Shown in pieces: positions 58,174-64,000 of a DNA stretch of 64,000 bases. The notes below the pieces were generated by a model. The model ran no database searches. It saw nothing but the letters and a program-made list of their open reading frames with translations, and was not told the DNA's origin. The translations under genes and the position numbers were made by a program. Position 1 is the stretch's first letter. Each line of letters begins with the position of its first letter. The DNA comes from an uncultured Clostridium sp. (lineage in GTDB: Bacteria; Bacillota_I; Bacilli_A; RF39; UBA660), in the NCBI GenBank assembly GCA_946402315.1, contig CAMIWC010000005.1, forward strand, positions 854 through 64,853, read 5' to 3'.

Positions 58174-58511
58174 TTAATTGTTTTAGATAGACCTTTATCT
58201 TCTGTAGTTGGTGGTTTATTTTCTATAAACAATCCATATCTTATATCAAGTAAATGATACGAATGATTTTTTAAAATAGTACTTTCTTCTTTAGTTAAAT
58301 CAGGATTATCAAAACTACTTTCTTTAATCATTTCAGATATTTCATCTTTAGAATATCCTTTATCAAGTAAATCATCTATTTCTCCTACCAAGCCAACAGA
58401 ATACCCCATAAGTTTATCATTACCACAAAAAATAAAATCGTCATAAGAACCATACATTCCACCAAGCAATAAAGGAATAGATAATAATTTAGGTATATCA
58501 TCTTTACTCAT
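58155..58511 (-). CDS. Hypothetical protein (118 aa)
   Basis: ORF only. Its C-terminal KNTNNS-stop is read from the hairpin repeat. Confidence 0.4.
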   Translation of the reverse strand: MSKDDIPKLLSIPLLLGGMYGSYDDFIFCGNDKLMGYSVGLVGEIDDLLDKGYSKDEISEMIKESSFDNPDLTKEESTILKNHSYHLLDIRYGLFIENKPPTTEDKGLSKTIKNTNNS

Positions 58512-58549
58512 AGTATCACCTATAATAATTATAATATAAAAAAGAGAGA

Positions 58550-59281
58550 TTACTCATCTTTTGAGTAAATCTCTCCTTTTGTTTCAGTTTGTAATTTAGT
58601 ACCATATTCAAATACATAAACTGCAACAAATATTAATAGTATTTTTGCTATATCATTTAAACTTACAGAGAAGCTTGTATCAAATACAGAAGAAGCAATA
58701 ATACTTGAAGTTACAGATATAATAATTGAATATATAGATAATTTAGCAATACCTTTTAATAAATCAGTATTATCATTTGTAAATGGAGTTGTTTTATCAT
58801 GAATATTTTTAAAGAATAAATATACCTTCTTTAATATCTTTATCTCAATAAATAATAATACTATAGTAAGAGCTAATTCGATTTCAACAAACACAGTCAT
58901 TAGTTTTAAATCGTGTTTATCTAAATAACGTAATACTTCATCAATAGCTTCTACTTCACTCTTTTCATTTATTTCTTGTTTATCTGTTTCTTTACCTTTT
59001 TCATATATTTCAAAGCTATCAGGTGTACGATTCAAATAGAATTCAGTACCAAATATATTAAAATATCTTTTTTCATCTTCTTTAGTAACCTTTATATTAG
59101 CCATTAATAAAGGTATACAAACCATTCCAATAAATACTCCAACCATTCCAATTATTACAAATACTTTCCATATTTTAGCAACTATATAAAATATTTTACT
59201 AATAGTTTTTAAATGGCTTTGATCTTTTGCTTCAATTGAATAATCTATTTCTTTTTCTTTCTTAGTTTCTTCTTTTTTCAT
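58550..59281 (-). CDS. DUF2975-like membrane protein (paralog of the C-terminal half of 55781-56698)
   Basis: TTPFTNDNTDLLKGIAKL...VFEYGTKLQTETKGEIY parallels the other copy. Multi-TM. Confidence 0.6.
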   Translation of the reverse strand: MKKEETKKEKEIDYSIEAKDQSHLKTISKIFYIVAKIWKVFVIIGMVGVFIGMVCIPLLMANIKVTKEDEKRYFNIFGTEFYLNRTPDSFEIYEKGKETDKQEINEKSEVEAIDEVLRYLDKHDLKLMTVFVEIELALTIVLLFIEIKILKKVYLFFKNIHDKTTPFTNDNTDLLKGIAKLSIYSIIISVTSSIIASSVFDTSFSVSLNDIAKILLIFVAVYVFEYGTKLQTETKGEIYSKDE

Positions 59282-59357
59282 AATATCCTCCTATGTATTT
59301 ATTGTATCACAAGATTAATAATTTATGATATGATACATATAGAAAGAAGATGAAGAA

Positions 59358-59987
59358 ATGGAATTAATTGATAGCCAAAATAATAATATAGATGTTAGTC
59401 ATAACGATTATGTACCAATAGCAATATTAGACACTTTCCAAATGGGAAATTTTGTTCGTGAATCATTATTAGATGAACTTCCGCCAGATTATAAATATAG
59501 AAACTTAGTTAATTGTACAAATAACGAAAATGGGCCAATATATAAAAGCGAACCCGGTATAGATTTATCTATTGCATCGCTTGCAGCACTTAATTACGGT
59601 ATTTCCGGTAACGGTGGAACAGAAACAACACTTTGGACTTTACACTACGGTAGATTTACTTTTTTTGATGAAAGCGGATATTTTGTAGAGTATGAAAAAG
59701 AGCGTCCATTATATGAACGCAAATTTGATAACACACAAACAGGAATAATTCGAATTGATTATAGATCGCCTTTAGGGAATTTTGTAATTAATCAAAATCA
59801 AATTAATAGTAAATTATTCGAAATATATTTTTCAAAAGACATGTCTAAAGCATTATATGATAGATTAGCTAAGGGATTAGGAAAAGCATTAGAATTTAAA
59901 GAAAATGTTGTAGATAATATTTTTATTGGAGAAGGCAAAGTCAATTTGATAGATGGCGGAGACGAAGAAAAGCATAAAGGTATATAA
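59358..59987 (+). CDS. Hypothetical protein (209 aa), compositionally atypical
   Basis: The ORF is visibly richer in G/C codons (CCG, GCG, CGC, GGC) than its neighbours. No recognizable motif. Confidence 0.45.
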   Translation: MELIDSQNNNIDVSHNDYVPIAILDTFQMGNFVRESLLDELPPDYKYRNLVNCTNNENGPIYKSEPGIDLSIASLAALNYGISGNGGTETTLWTLHYGRFTFFDESGYFVEYEKERPLYERKFDNTQTGIIRIDYRSPLGNFVINQNQINSKLFEIYFSKDMSKALYDRLAKGLGKALEFKENVVDNIFIGEGKVNLIDGGDEEKHKGI

Positions 59988-60257
59988 TAGTAAATATTAA
60001 TACTTTATATTATTAATAAAAAGGAAGCAAATTGCTTCCTTTTAATGTATTAGGATTTGTAAAAAAATGTTGACATAAGAAAGTCTTAACAAAAAATAAA
60101 CAATTGTAATGTTATATGAATGCAAAAACTATATAGTTATTAAAATGATTTAGGAAAAACCTAAAGCTTTTAATTTCACATAGCAGGATTTTATAGGAAA
60201 TTCAATTTTTTTTACACATTTAAATTGTATTATTGCTAAAATGATTATAAAAAAATT

Positions 60258-60290
60258 AAAAAACACTAACAATTAAAGTTAGTGTTTTTT
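60258..60290. terminator. Bidirectional terminator hairpin, CACTAAC/GTTAGTG family (copy 5)
   Basis: AAAAAACACTAAC-AATTAAA-GTTAGTGTTTTTT. Confidence 0.7.
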
Positions 60291-60296
60291 TATTCA

Positions 60297-60329
60297 AAAT
60301 GGCACAATAATCATAGGTGTTTAAAACTT
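60297..60329. repeat. 33-nt box, copy A (4 mismatches relative to B/C)
   Basis: AAATGGCACAATAATCATAGGTGTTTAAAACTT, immediately 3' of the GNAT gene stop and 11 nt from the hairpin arm. Confidence 0.7.
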
Positions 60330-60330
60330 T

Positions 60331-61074
60331 TTATTTAATTAATTTTTCAAAAGCATTTGCATTTAATATTGTATTAGAAATAAATTTACCTTTATAAAAG
60401 TTAGCCCAGTTATTAAATACACATGGTGCATTCTTAGCTTTATCTAATGAATCTATTTTAATAAAGTTTAATTTAATTCCTTTATCTTTAGCATAATCAG
60501 ATAACTCTTGAATTTCATATTCTACATATGGACATTCGTTAGAATAATAAATAGTAAAATCTTGACTATCTATTTCCATCTTTCTAGCGTTATCATTAAA
60601 CTTAGGTGTCTCTTTATCATCAAATTGTAATACCATTAATTCATAATCATTAATTGTATCTACTACTTTAAATCCATAATGTTCGAAGAATTTCTTATCT
60701 CCAATAAATGGCTTCTTCTTTTGTGTAACTATTGTACAAACACCACTCATTTTTTTATTCTTTGCATCTTGGATAGCATATTCTAATAATTCTTTTCCAA
60801 TGCCTTTACCTTTAAAACTTCCAGCAACCCATAAACAATAAATATACATATAATTTTTACCATTAATAGGAACCCATGATGTTTCAATTGGTTCATATTC
60901 AATAAAGATTTTCCCTCTAGCATTTAGTTTTCTAAATACATGTCCATCTTTTAATTTACTTTTAATCCATTCTTTCTTTTTATCTACACCATATTGATGT
61001 TTAGGATCTCCTATAGCACAACATATATGCTCTTCTTCAATATTCTTTTCATCTAAATTAATGTACTCATTCAT
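60331..61074 (-). CDS. GNAT N-acetyltransferase with a C-terminal YoaP-like domain
   Basis: GNAT motif A WVAGSFKGKGIGKELLEYA. The C-terminal CPYVEYE...APCVFNNWANFYKGKF resembles the YoaP-like domain. Confidence 0.75.
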   Translation of the reverse strand: MNEYINLDEKNIEEEHICCAIGDPKHQYGVDKKKEWIKSKLKDGHVFRKLNARGKIFIEYEPIETSWVPINGKNYMYIYCLWVAGSFKGKGIGKELLEYAIQDAKNKKMSGVCTIVTQKKKPFIGDKKFFEHYGFKVVDTINDYELMVLQFDDKETPKFNDNARKMEIDSQDFTIYYSNECPYVEYEIQELSDYAKDKGIKLNFIKIDSLDKAKNAPCVFNNWANFYKGKFISNTILNANAFEKLIK

Positions 61075-61093
61075 AACTTACACCTCTATTAAT

Positions 61094-61102
61094 ATTATAG
61101 CA
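61094..61102 (-). promoter_or_regulatory. Extended -10 (TGCTATAAT) directly upstream of the GNAT gene
   Basis: The reverse complement of ATTATAGCA lies 19 nt before the ATG, with SD GAGGTG in between. Confidence 0.4.
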
Positions 61103-61103
61103 T

Positions 61104-61127
61104 AAAAAAAAGTAGCCAAAGCTACTT
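61104..61127 (-). terminator. Minus-strand intrinsic terminator in the GNAT/methyltransferase intergenic region
   Basis: AAGTAGC-CAAA-GCTACTT, followed on the minus strand by T7-8. Confidence 0.55.
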
Positions 61128-61135
61128 CATAAACA

Positions 61136-61168
61136 AAATGGCACGGTAATCATAGGGGTTTCAAACTT
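61136..61168. repeat. 33-nt box, copy B
   Basis: AAATGGCACGGTAATCATAGGGGTTTCAAACTT, identical to copy C. Confidence 0.8.
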
Positions 61169-61196
61169 GTTATACTTTATTAAAATAGTATGACAA
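61169..61196 (-). promoter_or_regulatory. Candidate minus-strand sigma-A promoter (TTGTCA-16-TATAAC) reading into box B
   Basis: Reverse complement of TGACAA (61191-61196) and GTTATA (61169-61174). Confidence 0.4.
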
Positions 61197-61201
61197 CAGT
61201 A

Positions 61202-61210
61202 TGATATAAT
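61202..61210 (+). promoter_or_regulatory. Extended -10 (TGATATAAT) for the methyltransferase gene
   Basis: Lies within the conserved ~95-nt module, 18 nt upstream of the ATG with SD AAGGAGG. Confidence 0.5.
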
Positions 61211-61228
61211 TGATAAGGAGGCTTTCTT

Positions 61229-61987
61229 ATGAATAAAAAAGATTTTATTGAAATTAATAAAAACGGATGGAATACATTAATAACAAATAATAAACCATTT
61301 TCTAATACTATATTACCAGAATATGGCCCATTTCTTAAAAGAAATGAAAACGAAATGAATATTATGAATAATATTAATGGTGCTAAAGTATTAGATTTAG
61401 GCTGTGGTGAAGGTGAATCACTAGAATATTTATTCAATAAAGGTGCTAAAGAAATATGGGGATTAGATATTTCTAAGGAACAAATAAATAAGGCTCAAAT
61501 TAGGTTTCCCCAATTCAAAGATAATTTTTTAATCTCACCAATGGAAGAAGAAGTTAATATACCAAATAATTACTTTGATTATATTATTTCTATTTTTAGT
61601 ATAGGATATACCTCTGATTTAAATAGTACTTTTAAAAATTCATATAAATATTTAGCAAATGATGGTAAGTTTATAATTAGTTGGACTCATCCATTTTATT
61701 ATTGTTTAGATATAGTAGATGATAAGGTAGTCATAAATAGATCTTATTTCAATGAAGAATCTGAAATTATAACAAAAGGTCCTGATAAAGTTAATCTTGC
61801 TCAAAATAATATGATGATATCAACAGTTATAAATACAGCAAGTGATAATGGATTTTATTTAGATAAATTATATGAAGAAGAAACAATATTAAAAGATGAT
61901 GTAAATGGATATAAAAGTACATTTTGGAGAAAAGAAAAGACAGTTAATTGTCCAAGCACAATAATTTTTGTATTTAAAAAACACTAA
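61229..61987 (+). CDS. Class I SAM-dependent methyltransferase
   Basis: VLDLGCGEGES motif I and GLDIS motif II. The stop codon TAA lies inside the hairpin arm CACTAAC. Confidence 0.85.
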   Translation: MNKKDFIEINKNGWNTLITNNKPFSNTILPEYGPFLKRNENEMNIMNNINGAKVLDLGCGEGESLEYLFNKGAKEIWGLDISKEQINKAQIRFPQFKDNFLISPMEEEVNIPNNYFDYIISIFSIGYTSDLNSTFKNSYKYLANDGKFIISWTHPFYYCLDIVDDKVVINRSYFNEESEIITKGPDKVNLAQNNMMISTVINTASDNGFYLDKLYEEETILKDDVNGYKSTFWRKEKTVNCPSTIIFVFKKH

Positions 61988-62005
61988 CATTAAAGTTAGT
62001 GTTTT
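61977..62005. terminator. Bidirectional terminator hairpin, CACTAAC/GTTAGTG family (copy 6)
   Basis: AAAAACACTAAC-ATTAAA-GTTAGTGTTTT. Confidence 0.7.
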
Positions 62006-62013
62006 AATTTACT

Positions 62014-62046
62014 AAATGGCACGGTAATCATAGGGGTTTCAAACTT
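62014..62046. repeat. 33-nt box, copy C
   Basis: AAATGGCACGGTAATCATAGGGGTTTCAAACTT. The preceding hairpin plus 11-nt spacer plus TGGCA closely matches the 3' flank of tRNA-Trp. Confidence 0.8.
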
Positions 62047-62074
62047 ATTATAATTGATTATAACAATATGACAA
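62047..62074 (-). promoter_or_regulatory. Candidate minus-strand sigma-A promoter (TTGTCA-16-TATAAT) reading into box C
   Basis: Reverse complement of TGACAA (62069-62074) and ATTATA (62047-62052). Confidence 0.45.
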
Positions 62075-62079
62075 CAGCA

Positions 62080-62088
62080 TGATATAAT
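62080..62088 (+). promoter_or_regulatory. Extended -10 (TGATATAAT) for the AlkD-like gene
   Basis: Same conserved module as at 61202-61210. Confidence 0.5.
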
Positions 62089-62111
62089 TGATACGTGAGG
62101 TTGTGATATAA

Positions 62112-62783
62112 ATGAGTATATATGAAAGACTGTTATCTTATCAAGATGAAAAATATAAAGACTTTCAAAGCAAACTTATCCCAAATATAGATAAAAAAAC
62201 AATTATAGGTGTTAGAACACCACAAATGAGAAAAATTGTTAAAGAAGTATATGGTACAAAAGAATCAACTATATTTTTACAAACTTTGCCACATCAATAT
62301 TATGAAGAAAATCTTATTCATTTCTTTTTAATTTCAAAGATTAAGGACTTTGATGAGTGCATAAAGGAAGTAGAAAGATTTTTGCCATACATTGATTGCT
62401 GGCCGGTTTGTGATCAAGCAACACCTTTGGTGTTTAAGAAAAATCATGATAAACTCCTTCCACTAATAAAAAAATGGATAAATTCCAATCACGTATATAC
62501 CGCTAGATTTGGTATACGTATATTAATGAATGAATATTTAGATAAAGATTTTAAGAATGAATATTTAGAATTAGTTGCATCTAAAACTGGAGAGGATTAT
62601 TATTTAAAAATGATGATTGCGTGGTATTTCGCAACAGCATTAGCTAAACAATATGATGCAACAATAAAATATATAAAAAATAGAAGTCTTGATCCATGGA
62701 TACATAAGAAAGCAATACAAAAAGCAGTAGAAAGTTATAGAGTATCAGATGAACATAAAGAATATCTTAAAAAGTTTAGATAA
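62112..62783 (+). CDS. DNA alkylation repair protein (AlkD-like HEAT-repeat family)
   Basis: YKDFQSKLIPNIDKKTIIGVRTPQMRKIVKE and overall length and helical repeat layout typical of the DNA_alkylation family. Confidence 0.7.
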   Translation: MSIYERLLSYQDEKYKDFQSKLIPNIDKKTIIGVRTPQMRKIVKEVYGTKESTIFLQTLPHQYYEENLIHFFLISKIKDFDECIKEVERFLPYIDCWPVCDQATPLVFKKNHDKLLPLIKKWINSNHVYTARFGIRILMNEYLDKDFKNEYLELVASKTGEDYYLKMMIAWYFATALAKQYDATIKYIKNRSLDPWIHKKAIQKAVESYRVSDEHKEYLKKFR

Positions 62784-62807
62784 ACTAGTAAAAGTATAAA
62801 CAAATAA

Positions 62808-62836
62808 AAAAGCACTAACAATTAAGTTAGTGTTTT
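62808..62836. terminator. Terminator hairpin, CACTAAC/GTTAGTG family (copy 7), terminating tRNA-Trp and the AlkD-like gene
   Basis: AAAAGCACTAAC-AATTAA-GTTAGTGTTTT, 11 nt from the tRNA 3' end. Confidence 0.7.
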
Positions 62837-62847
62837 AATATTCTAAA

Positions 62848-62921
62848 TGGCAGGGGATGAGAGAATCGAACTCCCAACTAAAGTTTTGGAGACTCCTATT
62901 ATACCATTTAACTAATCCCCT
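62848..62921 (-). tRNA. trnW: tRNA-Trp (anticodon CCA), CCA 3' end encoded
   Basis: Manual cloverleaf: acceptor AGGGGAT/ATCCCCT, D stem GTTA/TAAT, anticodon stem GGAGT/ACTTT with loop CTCCAAA, T arm GGGAG-TTCGATT-CTCTC, discriminator G, then CCA. Confidence 0.85.
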
Positions 62922-62939
62922 AAAAATTTGTACATAAAT

Positions 62940-62967
62940 ATTATAACATAAATTTATTTATGCACAA
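62940..62967 (-). promoter_or_regulatory. Candidate promoter of tRNA-Trp (TTGTGC-16-TGTTATAAT)
   Basis: Reverse complement of GCACAA (62962-62967) and ATTATA (62940-62945) with TG at -14/-15. It lies 18 nt upstream of the mature 5' end. Confidence 0.5.
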
Positions 62968-62979
62968 GTTTTTTTATTA

Positions 62980-64000
62980 TTACTCCTCTTCTTCTAATTT
63001 TCTATAATCTACTTTACCAATCATAGTTTTAGGAAGAGATTCTCTAAATACATATTCCTTAGGTAACATATATTTAGCTAAATTCTTTTCACAATAATCT
63101 TTTATATCTTTCTTAACCTTTGCAGTTGGTTTAATACCTTCTTTAAGTACAATATATGCCTTAGGTACTTGTACTTTATATGGATGAGGTACACCTACTA
63201 CACAAGAGTTTAAGATATATTCATGTTTATTTAAGACATCTTCTAAGTGAGATGGGAAGACATTATATCCAGATACAATAATAAGTCTTTTAATTCTTTG
63301 AACAAAGAATAAGATACCATCTTCATTCATATATCCCATATCTCCAGTATGTACCCATACTTTACCTTTTTTATCTCTTTCCAAAATATCGTTAGTTTCT
63401 TTTTCATTATTTAAGTATCCCATCATTACAGATGGACCACTTACTACTATTTCTCCTTTTTCACCAGGAGGGAGTTCTTCTTTAGTATTAACATCTATAA
63501 TCTTAAGATCATTACTTGGAAGAGGTATTCCTACTCCACCCATTACTTTAGCAGTTTCTCCAGTACTAAATATTATTCCTCCACTAGCTTCAGTAAGTCC
63601 ATATCCTTGAATAATTCCTTTAGGACTATGATGTTCTTCTAAAAACTTATTTACGGCGATATTTTTTTCTTCATTTAATGAGTCTCCTCCAGAAACTACA
63701 TACTTAACATTAGATAAGTCTACTTTATCCATATGTTTATTAGATATCATTGCTTCAAAAAGAGTTGGTACTCCTGGTATAACTGTTGGTTTATATTTAG
63801 TTAATAATTTATCAAATCTAGATGCATCAAATTTAGGTACTAGTATTACTTCTAATCCTTGTGATAAAGGGAAATGCAAACACTCTACTAATCCAAAACA
63901 ATGAAAGAATGGAAGTATAGATAAGAATGAATCACTTTTATTAATATCTGGAAGAGCAATCTTAGCTTGTTCAGGAACTACATTCAAATTACCATTAGAT
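62980..64000 (-). CDS. AMP-binding acyl-CoA synthetase (long-chain fatty acid--CoA ligase-like), 5' end outside the window
   Basis: YGLTEASGG, TGDMGYMNEDG and the C-terminal KVDYRKL motif. The frame stays open to the window edge. Confidence 0.85.
   Translation of the reverse strand, partial: SNGNLNVVPEQAKIALPDINKSDSFLSILPFFHCFGLVECLHFPLSQGLEVILVPKFDASRFDKLLTKYKPTVIPGVPTLFEAMISNKHMDKVDLSNVKYVVSGGDSLNEEKNIAVNKFLEEHHSPKGIIQGYGLTEASGGIIFSTGETAKVMGGVGIPLPSNDLKIIDVNTKEELPPGEKGEIVVSGPSVMMGYLNNEKETNDILERDKKGKVWVHTGDMGYMNEDGILFFVQRIKRLIIVSGYNVFPSHLEDVLNKHEYILNSCVVGVPHPYKVQVPKAYIVLKEGIKPTAKVKKDIKDYCEKNLAKYMLPKEYVFRESLPKTMIGKVDYRKLEEEE

Noticed and set aside
61136-61168. The 33-nt box begins with the complement of a tRNA 3' end (TGCCA) and sits where the tRNA sits relative to the hairpin. 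It might therefore be a tRNA pseudogene or 3' fragment.
   Set aside because: Reading back from the CCA, the putative acceptor (TTACCGT), T-stem (TATGA/GTTTG) and T-loop (AAACCCC) do not pair and do not match tRNA consensus. Only the last ~5 nt match tRNA-Trp. This fits a recombination junction better than a tRNA remnant.
232-61437. Sixteen short or medium ORFs in the supplied track lie antisense to, or inside, much longer well-supported genes. They are 232-486, 5401-5586, 12722-12910, 13911-14321, 15346-15540, 27050-27280, 29642-30037, 31778-32044, 31887-32132, 41598-41894, 44097-44480, 44546-44752, 51024-51230, 51594-51836, 57386-57646 and 61180-61437.
   Set aside because: Each one overlaps a gene with clear family motifs on the opposite strand. 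They have low-complexity S/I/L/F-rich translations typical of antisense frames in AT-rich DNA, and they lack convincing SD sequences.
52695-62836. The hairpin arms CACTAAC / GTTAGTG resemble the integron attC inverse core (RYYYAAC) and core (GTTRRRY). The region looks like an array of gene cassettes, similar to a CALIN.
   Set aside because: - The hairpins are only ~24-33 nt with perfect stems. They lack the R''-L''/L'-R' two-site structure and extrahelical bases of attC sites (57 nt or longer).
- The genes lie in both orientations and carry their own promoters.
- No IntI-type integrase is present.

The resemblance is limited to CTAAC/GTTAG.
47039-62921. An intact integrative conjugative element or prophage may be inserted at tRNA-Trp.
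   Set aside because: The window has no integrase, relaxase, VirB4, capsid, terminase or tail genes. Only a lone coupling-protein homolog and miscellaneous cargo-type genes are present. At most this is a decayed or accreted island.
62848-62921. An alternative (Mollicutes-type) genetic code, given the very low GC content.
   Set aside because: The tRNA-Trp anticodon is CCA, not UCA. TGA terminates well-supported ORFs (for example at 33724-26). Long conserved genes translate cleanly with the standard code.
1-64000. CRISPR arrays, rRNA genes, IS elements and long tandem DNA repeats.
   Set aside because: I found no regularly spaced direct repeats with unique spacers, no rRNA-like conserved stretches and no transposase ORFs. 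The repeated protein modules in the giant protease gene are diverged at the DNA level.

Overview
This is an AT-rich (roughly 27-30% GC by eye), densely coding Bacillota-type chromosome segment using the standard genetic code: TGA acts as a stop and the only tRNA is tRNA-Trp with anticodon CCA. About 65 genes are supported.

**Housekeeping backbone, mostly on the minus strand:** rpoZ, der, engB, nrnA, ackA, thiI, an LtaS-type sulfatase, gatCAB, fhs, yidD and cobB.

**Envelope and signalling genes between them:**
- A 1645-aa papain-like (C1) protease carrying GLUG and Listeria-Bacteroides repeats and a C-terminal dockerin. It is translationally coupled to an SLH-domain protein.
- An Hpt / REC / PAS-REC-HD-GYP relay with no kinase in the window.
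- A GGDEF protein and the HD-GYP protein, both with degenerate catalytic motifs.
- A five-gene block of exported, C-terminally anchored proteins that includes twin CPHC thioredoxin-fold paralogs.

**Two regions stand out:**
1. 31.8-35.8 kb is a self-contained, translationally coupled four-gene operon. It encodes a coiled-coil two-TM protein, a 58-aa acidic protein, a 143-aa helical protein and a tandem AAA+ ATPase (degenerate D1, intact D2). I cannot assign it a function. It is my best candidate for an undescribed system.
2. 52.7-62.9 kb is a run of unrelated accessory genes partitioned by seven near-identical CACTAAC/GTTAGTG terminator hairpins, ending at tRNA-Trp. It contains three copies of a 33-nt box and two copies of a ~95-nt bidirectional promoter module. 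The pattern suggests serial insertion at the tRNA 3' end or a mobile promoter/terminator module.

No CRISPR array, rRNA, transposase or integrase is visible. All family calls come from motif reading by eye, not from database searches.
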